A DNA stretch of 64,000 nt. Origin: Mobula birostris. Its lineage: Eukaryota. The stretch's first letter is position 1. Every line of letters begins with the position of its first letter. The position numbers and the translations under genes are program-made. The stretch covers positions 25,661,821 through 25,725,820 of the forward strand of contig NC_092379.1 in assembly GCF_030028105.1 (NCBI RefSeq), read 5' to 3'. The notes below the pieces were generated by a model. The model ran no database searches, was not told where the DNA came from, and saw nothing but the letters and a program-made list of their open reading frames with translations. Of the stretch, positions 1-12,190 are shown piece after piece.

Positions 1-150
1 TGGCTCTCCAGGGCTAAGGGCGACTCGGGCGGGTGGTGGGGGGGGGGGGGTAGGGCGATGTGGTTACAATTTAATCAGGAGGGAAGCCAGAGTGACGGGA
101 GCTAGACGACAGTGTCTGCGTTGCGGGGTCAATGAATGGCAGGTTCGTAC

Positions 151-2504
151 TGTCACAAGGTGCGCGCTAGGAAGGATGCAAGTGCAAGGCACAGGCACTA
201 GGAACAGTACTTGGCTAGAGTAGGGACGTGACAGGATACAAACAAGGAGCAGGGACAAGAACGCAGACTTGGCCTAAGTCATGGAGTAGACAGTGATCCC
301 GGACAAGAAACTATGAACTAGGAGCCTGGGCTTGGGAACTCGGAACCAGGACTAGAAACCATGAACTAGGAATCCGTGCCAGATATCGACAAAGACCCAG
401 AACCTGGTTCCTGCGTCGGACTCGGACTCAAGAACTAGGCAAGTACATGACATGGCTTCAGGACAGGACGTAGCTGGGGCTAGAGCTTTGAGTCTTGAGG
501 GTGGGGTCTTGGGTCTTGGGGCTGCAGGCTGGGGTCTTGCGTCTTGAGGCTGCAGGCAGGGGTCCTGGGGCCTGAATCTGCAGGCTGGGGTCTTGAAGGG
601 CGAAGTGCGAGGCTGGGGTCTTGAGGCTTGTGGCTCGAGGCTGCGTTCTAGAGGCTTGAGGCTGTGGTCATGAGGCTTGAGACTCGAGGCTGGGGTGGAG
701 GCTTGAATCTGGAGGCTGGGGTATTGAAGCTTGAGGCTGAAGGTTAGGGTTAGATGAATGAGTGTCGAGGCTCGGGTCCTGGGGCTTGAGGCTGGAGGCT
801 GGGGTCATGAGGCTTGAGCCTCGAGGCTGGGGTCTTGTGGCTTAAGTCTCGAGGCTGGGGTCTTGAGGCACAGGTGGAGGCTGGTGTCTTGCGGCTTGAG
901 CCTGGGTCTTGAGGCTTGACGATGGATGCTTGGGGCTGGAGGATGGGTTCTTGAAATGCAGAGGCTGATAACTTGGAGGTTGGAGCGCAGAGACAGAAGG
1001 GGAACTGTACATGAATGTAGAACCTTGACTCATCCTTCGAAAGCCAGGACTCATCTTTAACACGTTGGGATGGGATCCTGAGGCTTGAGGCTGGAGGCTT
1101 GGGTCCTGAGGTTTGATGCTCGAGTTTGGAGTCTTGAGGCTTGAGGAACGAGGCTGGGGTCTAGTGGATTTAGACTCCAGGCTGGGAACTTGAGGCTTGT
1201 AGCTCGAGGCTGGGGTCTTGAGGCTTGGGGCACGAGGCTGGTGTCTTCACTCACAGGCTGGAAGCTGGTGTCTTGCGGCTTGGGGTTGGGTCTTGAGGCT
1301 TGAGGATGGAAGCTGGGGGCTGGAGGCTGGGGTCTTGGACTGCAGAGGCTGATAACTCGGAGGTTGGAGCGTAGAGACAGAAGGGGAACTGTACATCATT
1401 GTAGAACCTTGACTTATGCTTCCTGAGGCTTGAGGCTCGGGGCTGGGGTCTTGAGGATTGAGGCTTGACGCTGTGGTCTTGAGGCTTGAGGCTCGAGGCT
1501 GGGGTCTTGAGGCTTGCGGCTCGAGGCTGGGTTCTTCAGGATTTAGCTTCGAGGCTGGGGCCTTGAGGCTTAAGGTTTGAGGGCTGGGTCTTGGGGCTTG
1601 ATGTTGGAGCTGCGGGCTGAAGTTTGGGTCTTCGAATGCGGAGGCTGATAACACGGAGTCAAGAGCCCGAAGACAGGCTGGGAACTGTACATCAACATAG
1701 AACTGGGACTTACACTTCGAAAAGCCGGGACTCACGTTTAAAACGACACTAACATGAGAATGCACAGTATATAGACATAGAGCTGGTTCTTATGCATAGA
1801 CAAGCCGGAACTCAACTTTATCACCACACCAAGGCGGGAGAATATCCCTCTGTCGGGTAAGGGCAGAGCGGCCTGACTTACCCAACAGATGCAAAGAAAA
1901 GACAAGACAGATCCCCACACATGTAACGGCAGAACGGCCTGACTTACCCCATGGAGGCGAGATCAAGAGGGGACAGACCCAATCGTAGAGTAAAGGCAGA
2001 ACGGCCTGGCTTTCCCCACGGAGGCGAGGGCAAGATTGGATAAACACCGAAGAACGACAGACTGTTCCATCCCTACATCTGGGATGCTCTGAGTCGCAGT
2101 TACGGCCAACTATCTCAGCTGACTACGGAAACAGCCGGACCCCTACCTTGCTCGGAGTGGCTGATCGCCACTCAGTTGACCCGGGAAATGGCCGACCCAT
2201 ACAGCAAAGATAGTCCAACTACCGACAGCAAGGCTCCATGAAGCGATGGTGCTCTACCACAGCCTAAAGATTGTAAGTGGCCGCTCGAGCCTGTCAACAG
2301 CAGGTTACTCCCAGGAAATCTTGACAACGCAAACCAGCGGCCTACACTCGACGACAAGGCTACTTATATTCCAAGCGCCAAGATGGGAATCAGTTGCCAC
2401 TGATTAACCCACCTGAAACAAGGGACAGCTGGAAGACCCGGAGTCCTGATTACATGGACCGGACCGTGAACCGGAAAGCGGACATCACGGATCGGACCAT
2501 GTCA
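151..2504 (-). repeat. LTR unit A (~2.35 kb) with 28-bp minisatellite and a triplicated internal module
   Basis: TGTCACAAGG start; GAGGCTGGGGTCTT-based repeats; GAACTGTACAT..TAGAAC block at ~1000, ~1385 and ~1682; TATA-like AATATAAG on minus near 2362-2369. Confidence 0.75.
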
Positions 2505-2696
2505 GTCACGCGCACACCACCCCTCCGCCACCCCCACCCCACACTTTCTATGGGAGCCTACGGGCGAGCAAAGTTGTTCTTCAGGAACAAGGACTACTCC
2601 GGCGGATTGCGGAGTTGGGTGTGGAGTGTTCAATCAGAAGGGAAGATACGGTGACGGGAGTATGCTTTGCTGCGTCCATGAATGGCAGTTTCATTC

Positions 2697-4573
2697 TGTC
2701 ACTAGGTGCCGGCTGGTACGGATCCAGGTGCACGATAGAGCGTCTGAAGTACTGGGAACAGGAATTGACTAGTGTGGGGACGTGACAGGATACTGACAAG
2801 GAACAGGGACTAAAACGCAGACCTGGTCTAGGACATGGACTAGACAGGGAACCCGGACAAGGAACTATGAACTAGGAGCCTGGGCTTGGAAAGGCGGGAC
2901 CAGGACCAGGAACACAGAACTAGGAGCCTGCACTTGGACTCCAAGCCAGCAAGTGGACAAAGACACAGAACCTGGCTACTGCCTCGGGCTCGGAAACCAG
3001 AACTTGGCAAGGTCATCATGGTAACAGGACAGGAGGTGACTGGGGTCTAGAGGCTTGAGGCTACAGGATGTGGTCTTGGGTCTTGAGGCTGCCGGTTGGG
3101 GTCTTGGGTCTTGAGGTTGCAGGCTGGGTCTTGGGTCTGGAGGCTGCAGTCTGGGGTCTTGTGTCTTGATGCTGTAGGGTGCGGTTTTGGGAGTTGAGGC
3201 TGCAGGATGGGTTCTTGGGTCTTGAGGCTGCAGGCTGAGGTCTACGGTCTTCAGCCTGCAGGCTGGGGTCTTGGGTCTTGAGCCTCGAGGCTGGGGTCCT
3301 GAGATTGGAGTCTAGAGGCTTGGGTCCTGACGTTTGGGGCTAGAGGCTGGGGTCTTGACGATGAGGCTTGACGCTGGGGTCTTCAGTATTGAAGCTCGAG
3401 TCTGGGGTCTGGAGGATTGTGGCTCGAGGCTGGGATCTTGAGGGTTTAGCCTCAAGGTTGGAGTACTGAGCATTGAGGCTCGAGGCTGGGATGTTGAGGT
3501 TTGAGGTCGAGGCTGGGGTCTTGAGGATTTAGGCTCGGTGCTGGGGTCTTGATTCGTAAGGCTCGAAGCCGGCGTCCTGAAGCTTGAAGCTCGAGGCAAG
3601 GGTCTTATGATTTGAGGCTCGAGACTGGGGTCTTGAGGCTTGAGGTTTGAGGCTGGAGTCTTGGCTTTGATATTGGAGTTGGCGGTGGAGTTTCGGGTCT
3701 TGGAATGCGGAGGCTGATAACTCGAAGTCAGGAGCCCGAAGGCAGGCTCGAAACTGTACATCACCATAGAACCAGGACTTACTATTCGAAAAGCCGGGAC
3801 TCACGTTTAAAATGACACTAACATGAGACTGGACAATACATAGACATAGAGCTGGTTCTTATGCATAGAGAAGTCGGAACTCAACTTTATCACCACACCA
3901 AGGTGGGACAGGTCCCACTGTAGGGTAACGGCAGAGCGGCCGGACTTACAAACAGAGGCAAAGAAAAGACAAGGCAGATCCCCGCACATGTAACGGCAGA
4001 ACGGCCTGACTTACCCAACGGAGGCGAGATCAAGACGGGACAGACCCAATCGTAGGGTAAAGGCAGAGCGGCCTGGCTTTCCCCACAGAGGCGAGGACAG
4101 GATGGGACAAACACCGAAGAACGACAGACTGTTCCATCTCTGCATCGGGGTTGCTCCGAGTCGCATTTACGGCCAGCAACCTCGGCTGGCTACGGAAACG
4201 GCCGGATCCCTACCTAGCTCGGAGTAGCTGACGGCCACTCAGGTGGCCAGGGAAACGGCCGAACCCATGCCGCACAGGCAGATCCAACGACCGACACAAG
4301 ACTCCATGAAGTGAATGTTCTCCAACGCAGCCTAAATATGTCAAGTGGCCGCTCGAGCCTTCCACCTGCCGGTTTCTCCCAGGGAATCTTGACAAGACGA
4401 ACCAGCAGCCCACAATCTACCCCAAGGCTACTCATATTTCAAGCCCGAAGGTGGAAATCAGGAGCCTATGATTAACCCAACTGAAACAAGGGACAGCTGA
4501 AAAGACCCGGAGTCCTGATTCCACGGACCGGGCCGTGGACGGGAATGCGGACATCATGGACCGGCCCATGTCG
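2697..4573 (-). repeat. LTR unit B (~1.88 kb)
   Basis: Colinear with unit A; starts TGTCACTAGG, ends CCATGTCG. Confidence 0.75.
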
Positions 4574-4740
4574 GTCACGCCTCCCCACTTTTGGGCGAGC
4601 AAAGAGGTTCTTCCGGACTAAGGCCGACTCGGGCGGGTAGCGGGTTATGGGTTGGATTGTTCAATCAGGAGGGAAGCCACTGTCACGAGAGTTAGAGGAC
4701 ACTGTCTGCTTTCCTGCGTCCATGAATGGCAGGTTGATTC

Positions 4741-6612
4741 TGTCTCTAGGTGCGCGCCGGGACGGATCCAGGTGCAAGACACAGCGACTGAAGTACTGGG
4801 AACAGTAAGTGATTAGAGTGGGGACTTGACATGATACTGACATGGAGCAGGGACTAAATCGCAGACTTGGTGTAGGACATGGACCAGACAGGGAAACCGA
4901 ACAAGAAACTATGAACTAGGAGCCTGGGCTTGGACGCCGAGCCAGAGACTGGACAAAAACACAGAACCTGGGTCCAGCCTCGGGCTCGGAAAACAGAACT
5001 TGGCAAGGTCATGACATGGCAGCAGGACAGGAAGTGGCTGGTGTCTAGAGGCATGAGCCTTCAGGCTGGAGTCTTGCGTCGTGAGGCTGCAGGCTGGGGT
5101 CTTGAGTCTTGCGGCTGCCTGTTGGCGTCTTGGGTCTTGAAGCTGCAGGCAGGGGTCATAGGTCTTGTGGCTGCAGACAGGGGTCATTGGTCTGGAGGAT
5201 GCAGGCTTTGGTCTTCGGTTTTGAGGCTTCAGGCTGAGGTCTTGTGTCATGAGGCTGCAGGCTGGGGTCTTGGGTCGTAAGCCTCGAGGCTGGAGACTCG
5301 AGGCTTGGGCCCTGACGTTTGAGGCTCGAGGCTGGGGTCTTGAGGTTTGAAGCTTGATGCTGGGGTCATGAATATTAAAGCTCGAGTCTGGGGTCTTGGG
5401 GATTGTGGCTCGAGGCTGGGGTCCTGAGGATTGAGGCACGAGGCTGGTGTCTTGAGGATTGAGGATCGAGGCTGGGATCTTGAGGATTTAGTCTCCGTGC
5501 TGGGGTCTTGTGGCGTAAAGCTCGAGGCTGTGCTCCTGGGCATGAGGATCGAGGCTGCGGTCGTGTGGCATAAGGCTCGAGGCTGTGGTCTTGAGGTTTG
5601 AGGATCGTGGCTGGGGTCTGGAGGCTTGAAGCTCGAGGCTGGGGTATTGAGGCTTAAGGCTTCACACTGCAGTCTTGAGACTTGAGGCTCAAGGCACGGG
5701 ATCTTGAGCCTGGCAGTTCGAGGTTGGAGTCTTGGGGCTTGAGTTTGGAGGCTGGGGCTGGTGTTTTGGGGTCTTGGAATGCGGAGGCTGATAACTCGGA
5801 GGCTGGAGCTCAGAGACAGACTGGGGACTGTACATCAACATAGAACCGGGATTTACCCTTCCAAATCCGGGACTCATCTTTAAAGCGACACTAACGTGAG
5901 AATATTCGGAACATAGAAACAGAGCTGGTACTTAACCTTAGACAAGCCGGCACTCAACTTTATCACCACACCAAGCTGGGACACGTACCTCAACGGGTAA
6001 CGGCAGAACGGCCTGACTTACCCAACTGAGGAAAAGTAATGACAAAACAGATCCCCACGCATGGTAACGGCAGAAGGTACTGACTTACCCCATGGAGGCG
6101 AGGACAAGAGGGGACAAATCTAACCTTGGGTAACGGCAAAACTGCCTGACTTTCCACTCGGCGGCGAGGACAGGAAGGGGCAAACACCAAAGAACGACAG
6201 ACTGTTCCATCTCTGCATCGGGGATGCTCCGAGTCGCAGTTACGGCGTGCTACCCCAGCTGACTCGGAAACAAACGTATCCGTACCTTGCTCGGAGTGGC
6301 TGCCGGCCACTCAGCTGGCCCGGAAGATGGCCGTATCCATACCGCAAGAACATCTGCGACGACCGACAGCAAGGCTCCATGTAGCGATGGTTCTCTAACG
6401 CAGTCTAAAGATTGTAAGTTGCCGCTCGAACCTTCCACCGGCAGGTTACTCCCAGGGACTCTTGACAAGGCAAACCAGCAGCCCACACTCGACCACAAGG
6501 CTATTTCTATTCCAAACCTCAAGATGTGAATCAGGTGGCAATGACGGACCCAACTGAAACAAGGTACAGCTGAAAGAACAGGAGTCCTGAGCCCTCGGAC
6601 CGAAACATGTTA
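4741..6612 (-). repeat. LTR unit C (~1.87 kb)
   Basis: Colinear with units A and B; starts TGTCTCTAGG, ends CATGTTA with a short terminal deletion. Confidence 0.7.
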
Positions 6613-6808
6613 GCTCCGCACCCCCTCCCCCCCCCCACACACACACCTTTAATAGGATCTCCGGGCAACCGAAGAGGTTCTCCAGGACAAAGGAGGACTC
6701 AGGCTCGTGGGAGGGGGGGGGGTGGAACTCAATAAGGAGGGAAGCCAGGGTGACGGTAGTTAGGCGACAGTGTCTGCGTTGCTGACTCCATGAATGGCAG
6801 GTTCGTTC

Positions 6809-8269
6809 TGTCACATGTGCGCGCTGGAATGGACCCAAATGCAAAACACATGCACTGAAGTACTAGGAACTGGACTTGACTAGAGTAGAGACGTGACAGG
6901 ATACAGACAAGGAAAAGGTACAAGAACGCAGACATAGGCTAGGACATGGAACAGACAGGGAACTGTGAATTTGGTGCCTGGGGTTGGGAAGGCGGGACCT
7001 AGACCAGGAGCCACGAACAAGGAGCTTGTGCTTGTACTCCGAGCCAGAGACTGGAGAAGGACCCAGAACCTGGGTCCTACCTCGGGCTCGGATCTCTGAA
7101 CTAGGCAAGGACATCACATTGCTACAGGACAGGACGTGACTGGGGTCTAGAAGCTTGAGGCTTGAGGCTGGGGTTTTGGGTCTTGATGCTGCAGGCTGGG
7201 GTCTTGGGTCTTGAGGCGGCAGGCTGGGGTCTTGCGTCTTGAGGATGGAGGCTGCGATCTTGCGTCTTGAGGCTGCAGGCTGCGGTCATGGGTCTTGAGG
7301 CTACAGGCTGGATCTTGGATCTTGAAGCTGCAGGCTTGGGTCTTGAGTCTCGTGGCTGGGGTCTTGAGGCTTGAAGCTCGAGGCTGCGGTTTTGAGACTT
7401 GAGGTTGGAGGATGGGGGTCTTGAGGCTTATGGCTGGAGGCTGTGGACTGGAGATTGGGGTCTTGAAAGGCGGAGGCTGATAATTTGGAGGCTGGCTCGG
7501 AGACAGACCGGGATCTGTACTTCAACATGGAACCGGGACTTACCCTTCGAAAAGCCGGTACTCAAGTTTAACACGACACTAAACTGAGACTGGACAGCAC
7601 ACATAGAACTAGAGCAGGGACTTATCCTTAGTCAAGCCGGGGCTCAACTTTATCTCCACACCTAGGTGGGACGAGTCACTCGGTCGTGTAACGGCAGAAC
7701 GGTCTGACATACCCAACAGTTGCAAAGATAGGACAAGTCAGATACCCCTGCAGGGCAATGGCAGAACAGCCTAACTTACCCCACGGGGGCGAGGACAAGA
7801 AGTGACAAACACCAAAAAACGACAGACAGTTCCATCTCTTCATAGGGGTTGCTCCGAGTTGCAGTTACGGCGAGAGACCTCTGCTGGCTACGGAAACAGT
7901 CGGATCCCAACCTAGCTCGGAGTGGCTGACGGCCACTCAGCAGTTCCGGGATACAGCTGAATCCATTCCGCAATGACGCCTCCGACTACCGACAGCAAGG
8001 CTCCATGAAAAATGTTTCTCTAACGCAGCCTAAAGATGACAGGTGTCCGCTCCATCCTTCCGCCGGCAGGTTACTCCCAGGGAATACTGACAAGTGTAAC
8101 CAGCAGCCCACACTCAACCCCATGGCTTCTTTATTTGAAGCCCCAATATGGGAATTAGGTGCCTATGATTAACCAAACTGAAACAACGGAAGGCTGGAAG
8201 ACCCGGTGTCCAACGTCCTCGGACCGGACCATGAACCGGAATGCGGACTTCAAGGACCGGGCCATGCCA
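6809..8269 (-). repeat. LTR unit D (~1.46 kb), the 5'-most LTR of the array on minus
   Basis: Starts TGTCACATG, ends CCATGCCA; followed by unrelated sequence (GTGTA...). Confidence 0.75.
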
Positions 8270-8376
8270 GTGTATAAGTCCTGTTCCTACGCCCTTTTCC
8301 CAAGGAGGTGTCCAGGCTCTGTGTTCCGTGTTCTTGTCACCCAATACCAATGCTCTGTCTTGTGCGCTCACGTCTA

Positions 8377-8510
8377 TCAAGACCAAGGTCTTCTGCTTTC
8401 CAGTCCTGACAAGACCAAGTCTCTGTGCTCCAGTCCTGCCAAGATCAAGTCTCCGTATTCAAGTCCTGCCAAGAACAAGTTCTGTGTTCCAGTCCTGCGG
8501 AGATCAAGGC
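8377..8510 (+). repeat. ~30-bp tandem repeat (CCAGTCCTGCCAAGACCAAGTCTCTGTGCT-like), ~4 copies
   Basis: Unit starts at 8400, 8430, 8460 and 8489, with a partial copy from ~8377. Confidence 0.8.
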
Positions 8511-8863
8511 AGAAAAGCAGGACCTTTGACACATCTAGTCTGTAAAACAAATTGAACTACCCTTTTCCCAAAGAGGTGTACCGGATCCATAATCCTCCAC
8601 AGACAAATCATTTCACACTCTCACGAAGCTCTAAGATAAGAAAATTCTACTCAATTTCATTTGAGCCTTTTTCACTAAAGCCATGATCGCCAGTTGTAGC
8701 CCAATCCAACCTCAGTGGAAGAACGTTGTTTTTTGTAAGTGTGAGTCATTGCACTTCGGTATATCTGTAACACATCTCCCCCCACCCAACCCCAATCTAC
8801 TACTTCCAATGAGTAATATTCTAATATATTCAATATTTCCTTATAATTAAGGTGGGGTGTATG

Positions 8864-9425
8864 GGGTGTCAGGGAAGGGTAGCACCTCTGGTGGGGGAAC
8901 ATGTTGCGTCCTTTTCAGGGCGGTTAGTCCACCTTTGGTCCCCACCTGGCACTCAGCTCTCACCTGTGGCTCTCCGTAGCTGTTTGCAAGCGACAGCGGC
9001 CACACCCCGGGCAACGGCTTCGACAAGCCGGCTAAACCAGGTGAAGGTAACCGACAGGTCTAAAACCCTCGGTGTGATAGGGAGTTGTCTATCCCAGCAC
9101 GTGAAGACAGACTCCGGCGGATTGAGCGGTCAACACCTATGGAAGGTCCAACGGTGAAGAAGGCGGTCTCTGCAAGCGTCGTGGAACGTGCAGAGCAGGA
9201 CAAGACACAGAAGACGTCCTGGTCATCCACTGCACCTAGTCCCATCTCCAGCCGTCTAGAGTCTGTCTTGCCACTGGATCCAGATGGGAATTAGGAAGAG
9301 AGAGTGAGGCTGACGCTGCGCAACTCTCCCTCATTTAAATCCAAATCACGCGCTAGTCTCGACACCATCATAATGGTGTCGAAGTCTTCATCGACGTCAA
9401 CGATGGACGAACAACCATAACTAAG
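8864..9425 (+). mobile_element. GC-rich interspersed repeat, possibly an RTE-related short retroposon
   Basis: Shares GATTGAGC, GGTCCAACGGT.AAGAAGGC and GACG.CCTGGTCATCCACTGCA blocks with 20215-20405 (opposite strand); perfect 10-bp hairpin at 9359-9382. The family assignment is inference. Confidence 0.4.
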
Positions 9426-9974
9426 GTAATCCACTCCCAGTAACTTCCTCGTAAATTGTCTCAGTTTTTGTTCAAAGCTATTTACATATTTTCAATAGAT
9501 AGGCCAATGTGCCTAATGATTTATATCCCACACCATCGACCCGTGACGCCACTTTCAATGACTGAGAGTCTTTCATTCGCAGAGCCCTTTTATACTGCAA
9601 ACCCCTCATTGCAGAACATACACTGTGTAAGATCTACCTGATGTGCAGCATCCCACACTTGTCTGCAAGTAATTACTTCTGCTATTCATCATCCCATTTG
9701 ACTAGCTAGTCCAGACCCGGTGCAAGTTCTGATCGTCTTCGTCGTTGTCCACGACATCTTCAATATTTATGCTACCGACGAATGTGCCAAACTCTTAACC
9801 ACTTTCTATTTTAGATCATTGACACGGACAGCATACATAAACGAAACAAACACAAATGCCTGCAGCAGCCCACCAGTTACAAGTCTCCAGTCGGAGAAGC
9901 AAATATCTGCAATGAGTCTCTGTTGTCTCCTACAAAGTCAATGTCTTATTCAACTTACAGTTAAACTTTGAACT

Positions 9975-10240
9975 CTGAGAGCCTGAACATTCTTGACCAA
10001 ACACCCGTTAGAAACCTTATCAAATACGTGTTTAAGTCCATGTAGATAGCATCCACCTCTTTGTCTTTATCAACTTTTGTGGTAACTTCTTCAAAAATGT
10101 TTAAAGTTGCTTTGACACGACCAGGTAGGACGTTTTGCTAAGAGTTCCTTAGTAGTCCATGTCTATCCAAAATCTCATATATTGCCTCCCTTATAACAAC
10201 TCCCAATAAGTTTCGAATTTCTGATGTCGGGCCCACCTGA
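9975..10240 (-). mobile_element. Degenerate CR1-type LINE RT fragment
   Basis: Minus-strand translation gives IREAIYEILDRHGLL and FEEVTTKVDKDKEVDAIYMD, matching the start of CR1 RT, with stops and frameshifts. Confidence 0.7.
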
Positions 10241-12014
10241 TGCCAATGTATTGATTTATTTCAGAGTCATTCTTCAAATACTGAAAAACAGTTTAACGTC
10301 TAATCCGCCGGTTTTCAACCTGTCGAGAATTACTCTACCTGGTCCCGTGCAAATTCTCTGCGTCCCTAACACGCCGTCCGAAGGAACACGTTTTCATATC
10401 CAGGGGATTTATGCAGTCTGCTTTGAATCAAGGCAGCAAGCCACGCCTGTTCAGTAATCTGCGCACGGTTGACACAATCAATGAGGTTTTTCCCTCGTTT
10501 CTGGAGATTCTCTTCTGGGTAAGTACAGATGCACAAAGAATTAGTTAACATCTTTCCCATCCTTTTCAGCCGCAATCCATGCACTAACAATCTAATCATC
10601 CAGGGGCATAATGTTCCGCGTTGTAAACGTTACACTCATTTAATATGTGTATATTTCCTTCGGTTTCTCCTTCACTATGACTACTCTTAGAACATTGTGC
10701 CTTGCTTCATCTCATAACAGATATATTGCATTTGTTTACATCCGGTTATGTTTGCAATGCACGTTTGTTTGTTTTTTTTTCTTAACAATGGTCTCATTAA
10801 ACGTTCTACCTTTACCTGTTGTTTTAACAGGCAATTGAGTATCGGGTAGAAAATTTGCAGGTTGATAAAGAAAACTTTAAGTTGTTCTCATCTGAATACA
10901 GGAATGATTTTTACGACATAAAAAAAGAACATGAAATGTTCATTCTTCGTTTTACTTGACGTTTCTCTCCGTATTCATGCAACATTAGTCATGTATAAAA
11001 ACAGCTAACTGCATCAATATAGTTCGAAAAAGACTCAGTCCCCATTTCTTGTATTTTTCATCGATGACGATGATGATATCTAATCTTTAGAGCTTAATAC
11101 TCAATACCAGAACATTAACGTTGCATTCCTATTGAAGACACCCACCCCGCAACAGAGATCATCTCATAAAAAAAGAAAAGACGCCTTTTTTACCCATGTC
11201 ACGACACACTTCCACCAAAAAGCCAATCTCTAATCTAATATACTAACTCATCTTCAATGCTGAGCGAATGAACCATCTTGACCAAAGTCCATGCAAATCT
11301 TGTGAAATGTTTTGTGAAAGTCCATGCATGAATTCAACATACGAGATCTGATATTATCTGTCAATGTTCTAACATCATAAATTTGCTCTTTTGTACTGTG
11401 CCTCATACCTGACGTCCAGCAACACAGGAACAGCAGGGAATGGATGGAACGGAACGGTCGAGCGAGAGAAACGACAGATAACAATACTGTCGGCTCTTCA
11501 TAACAGATCAAAACCTGTAAAGCTTGCTCAATTATTTTGTCTCCAAGTACATGACGGAATACTGGGACAAACTACACCCAATACTTTAAAAAAGCAGTGA
11601 GTAATGTTGGAGTTCAAAGCACGAACGGAAGGACAATGGAGTCATGAGAGTCTTCATCTTCACACAACCCCTGGAAATTCCATTGTTCTCCTCATGAAAC
11701 ATACATTTGGAGAAAGCATTTTGAAAGAGAGACGGCTCAAGAGAAAAAAAATTCCACAACAAGATTCGTCGCAATCACACCCATCAACTGGTATCTATTA
11801 CCACTCTTCCCAGAATCTACATTGTACAAAATGTACATAACACAATTGCATTTTTGTATGACATTTTCGTCATTTCAGACAAGAAATAAAGACTCTGTAA
11901 AAAATCTACTACTTACTCTAAACTGTTTTTTTTCATTGCTTGTCTTGTGTCATGTGTCTCTCTGTCTCACTTCTTATCCATCCATCCATTCATCTGTGTT
12001 TATACGTATCTTTG

Positions 12015-12190
12015 NNNNNNNNNNNNNNNNNNNNNNNNNNNNNNNNNNNNNNNNNNNNNNNNNNNNNNNNNNNNNNNNNNNNNNNNNNNNNNNNNNNNNN
12101 NNNNNNNNNNNNNNNNNNNNNNNNNNNNNNNNNNNNNNNNNNNNNNNNNNNNNNNNNNNNNNNNNNNNNNNNNNNNNNNNNNNNNNNNNN
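12015..12190. other. Assembly gap (176 N)
   Basis: Run of N flanked by TCCA/TCTA-like simple repeats. Confidence 0.98.

Larger units (their letters stand above)
1..8269 (-). mobile_element. Tandem array of non-autonomous LTR elements (internal-LTR-internal-LTR...), continuing beyond the window start
   Basis: Four homologous LTR-like units (151-2504, 2697-4573, 4741-6612, 6809-8269) begin TGTC on + and end in a degenerate CATGACA-like terminus. They are separated by homologous 167-196 bp spacers carrying, on minus, a PBS-like GAACGAACCTGCC, an ATG with MDAA/MDAG/MESA-type Gag start, and a G-rich PPT next to the following LTR. Confidence 0.8.

Noticed and set aside
842-7528. Many 60-180 aa ORFs rich in PQDPSL/ASSLK
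   Set aside because: They are translations of the 28-bp minisatellite; the unit is not a multiple of three and frames break between copies.
10264-10518. Exon-like segment with faint Ig C1 motifs (GFQP..W, ACSV) and a GTAAGT donor
   Set aside because: Needs several frameshifts and stops, and motif spacing is poor.
11254-11511. Leader-like LLFLCCWTS-G|GTATG and GPCR-like LNSCMD on minus
   Set aside because: No in-frame ATG, no downstream V exon or RSS, and no other TM segments.
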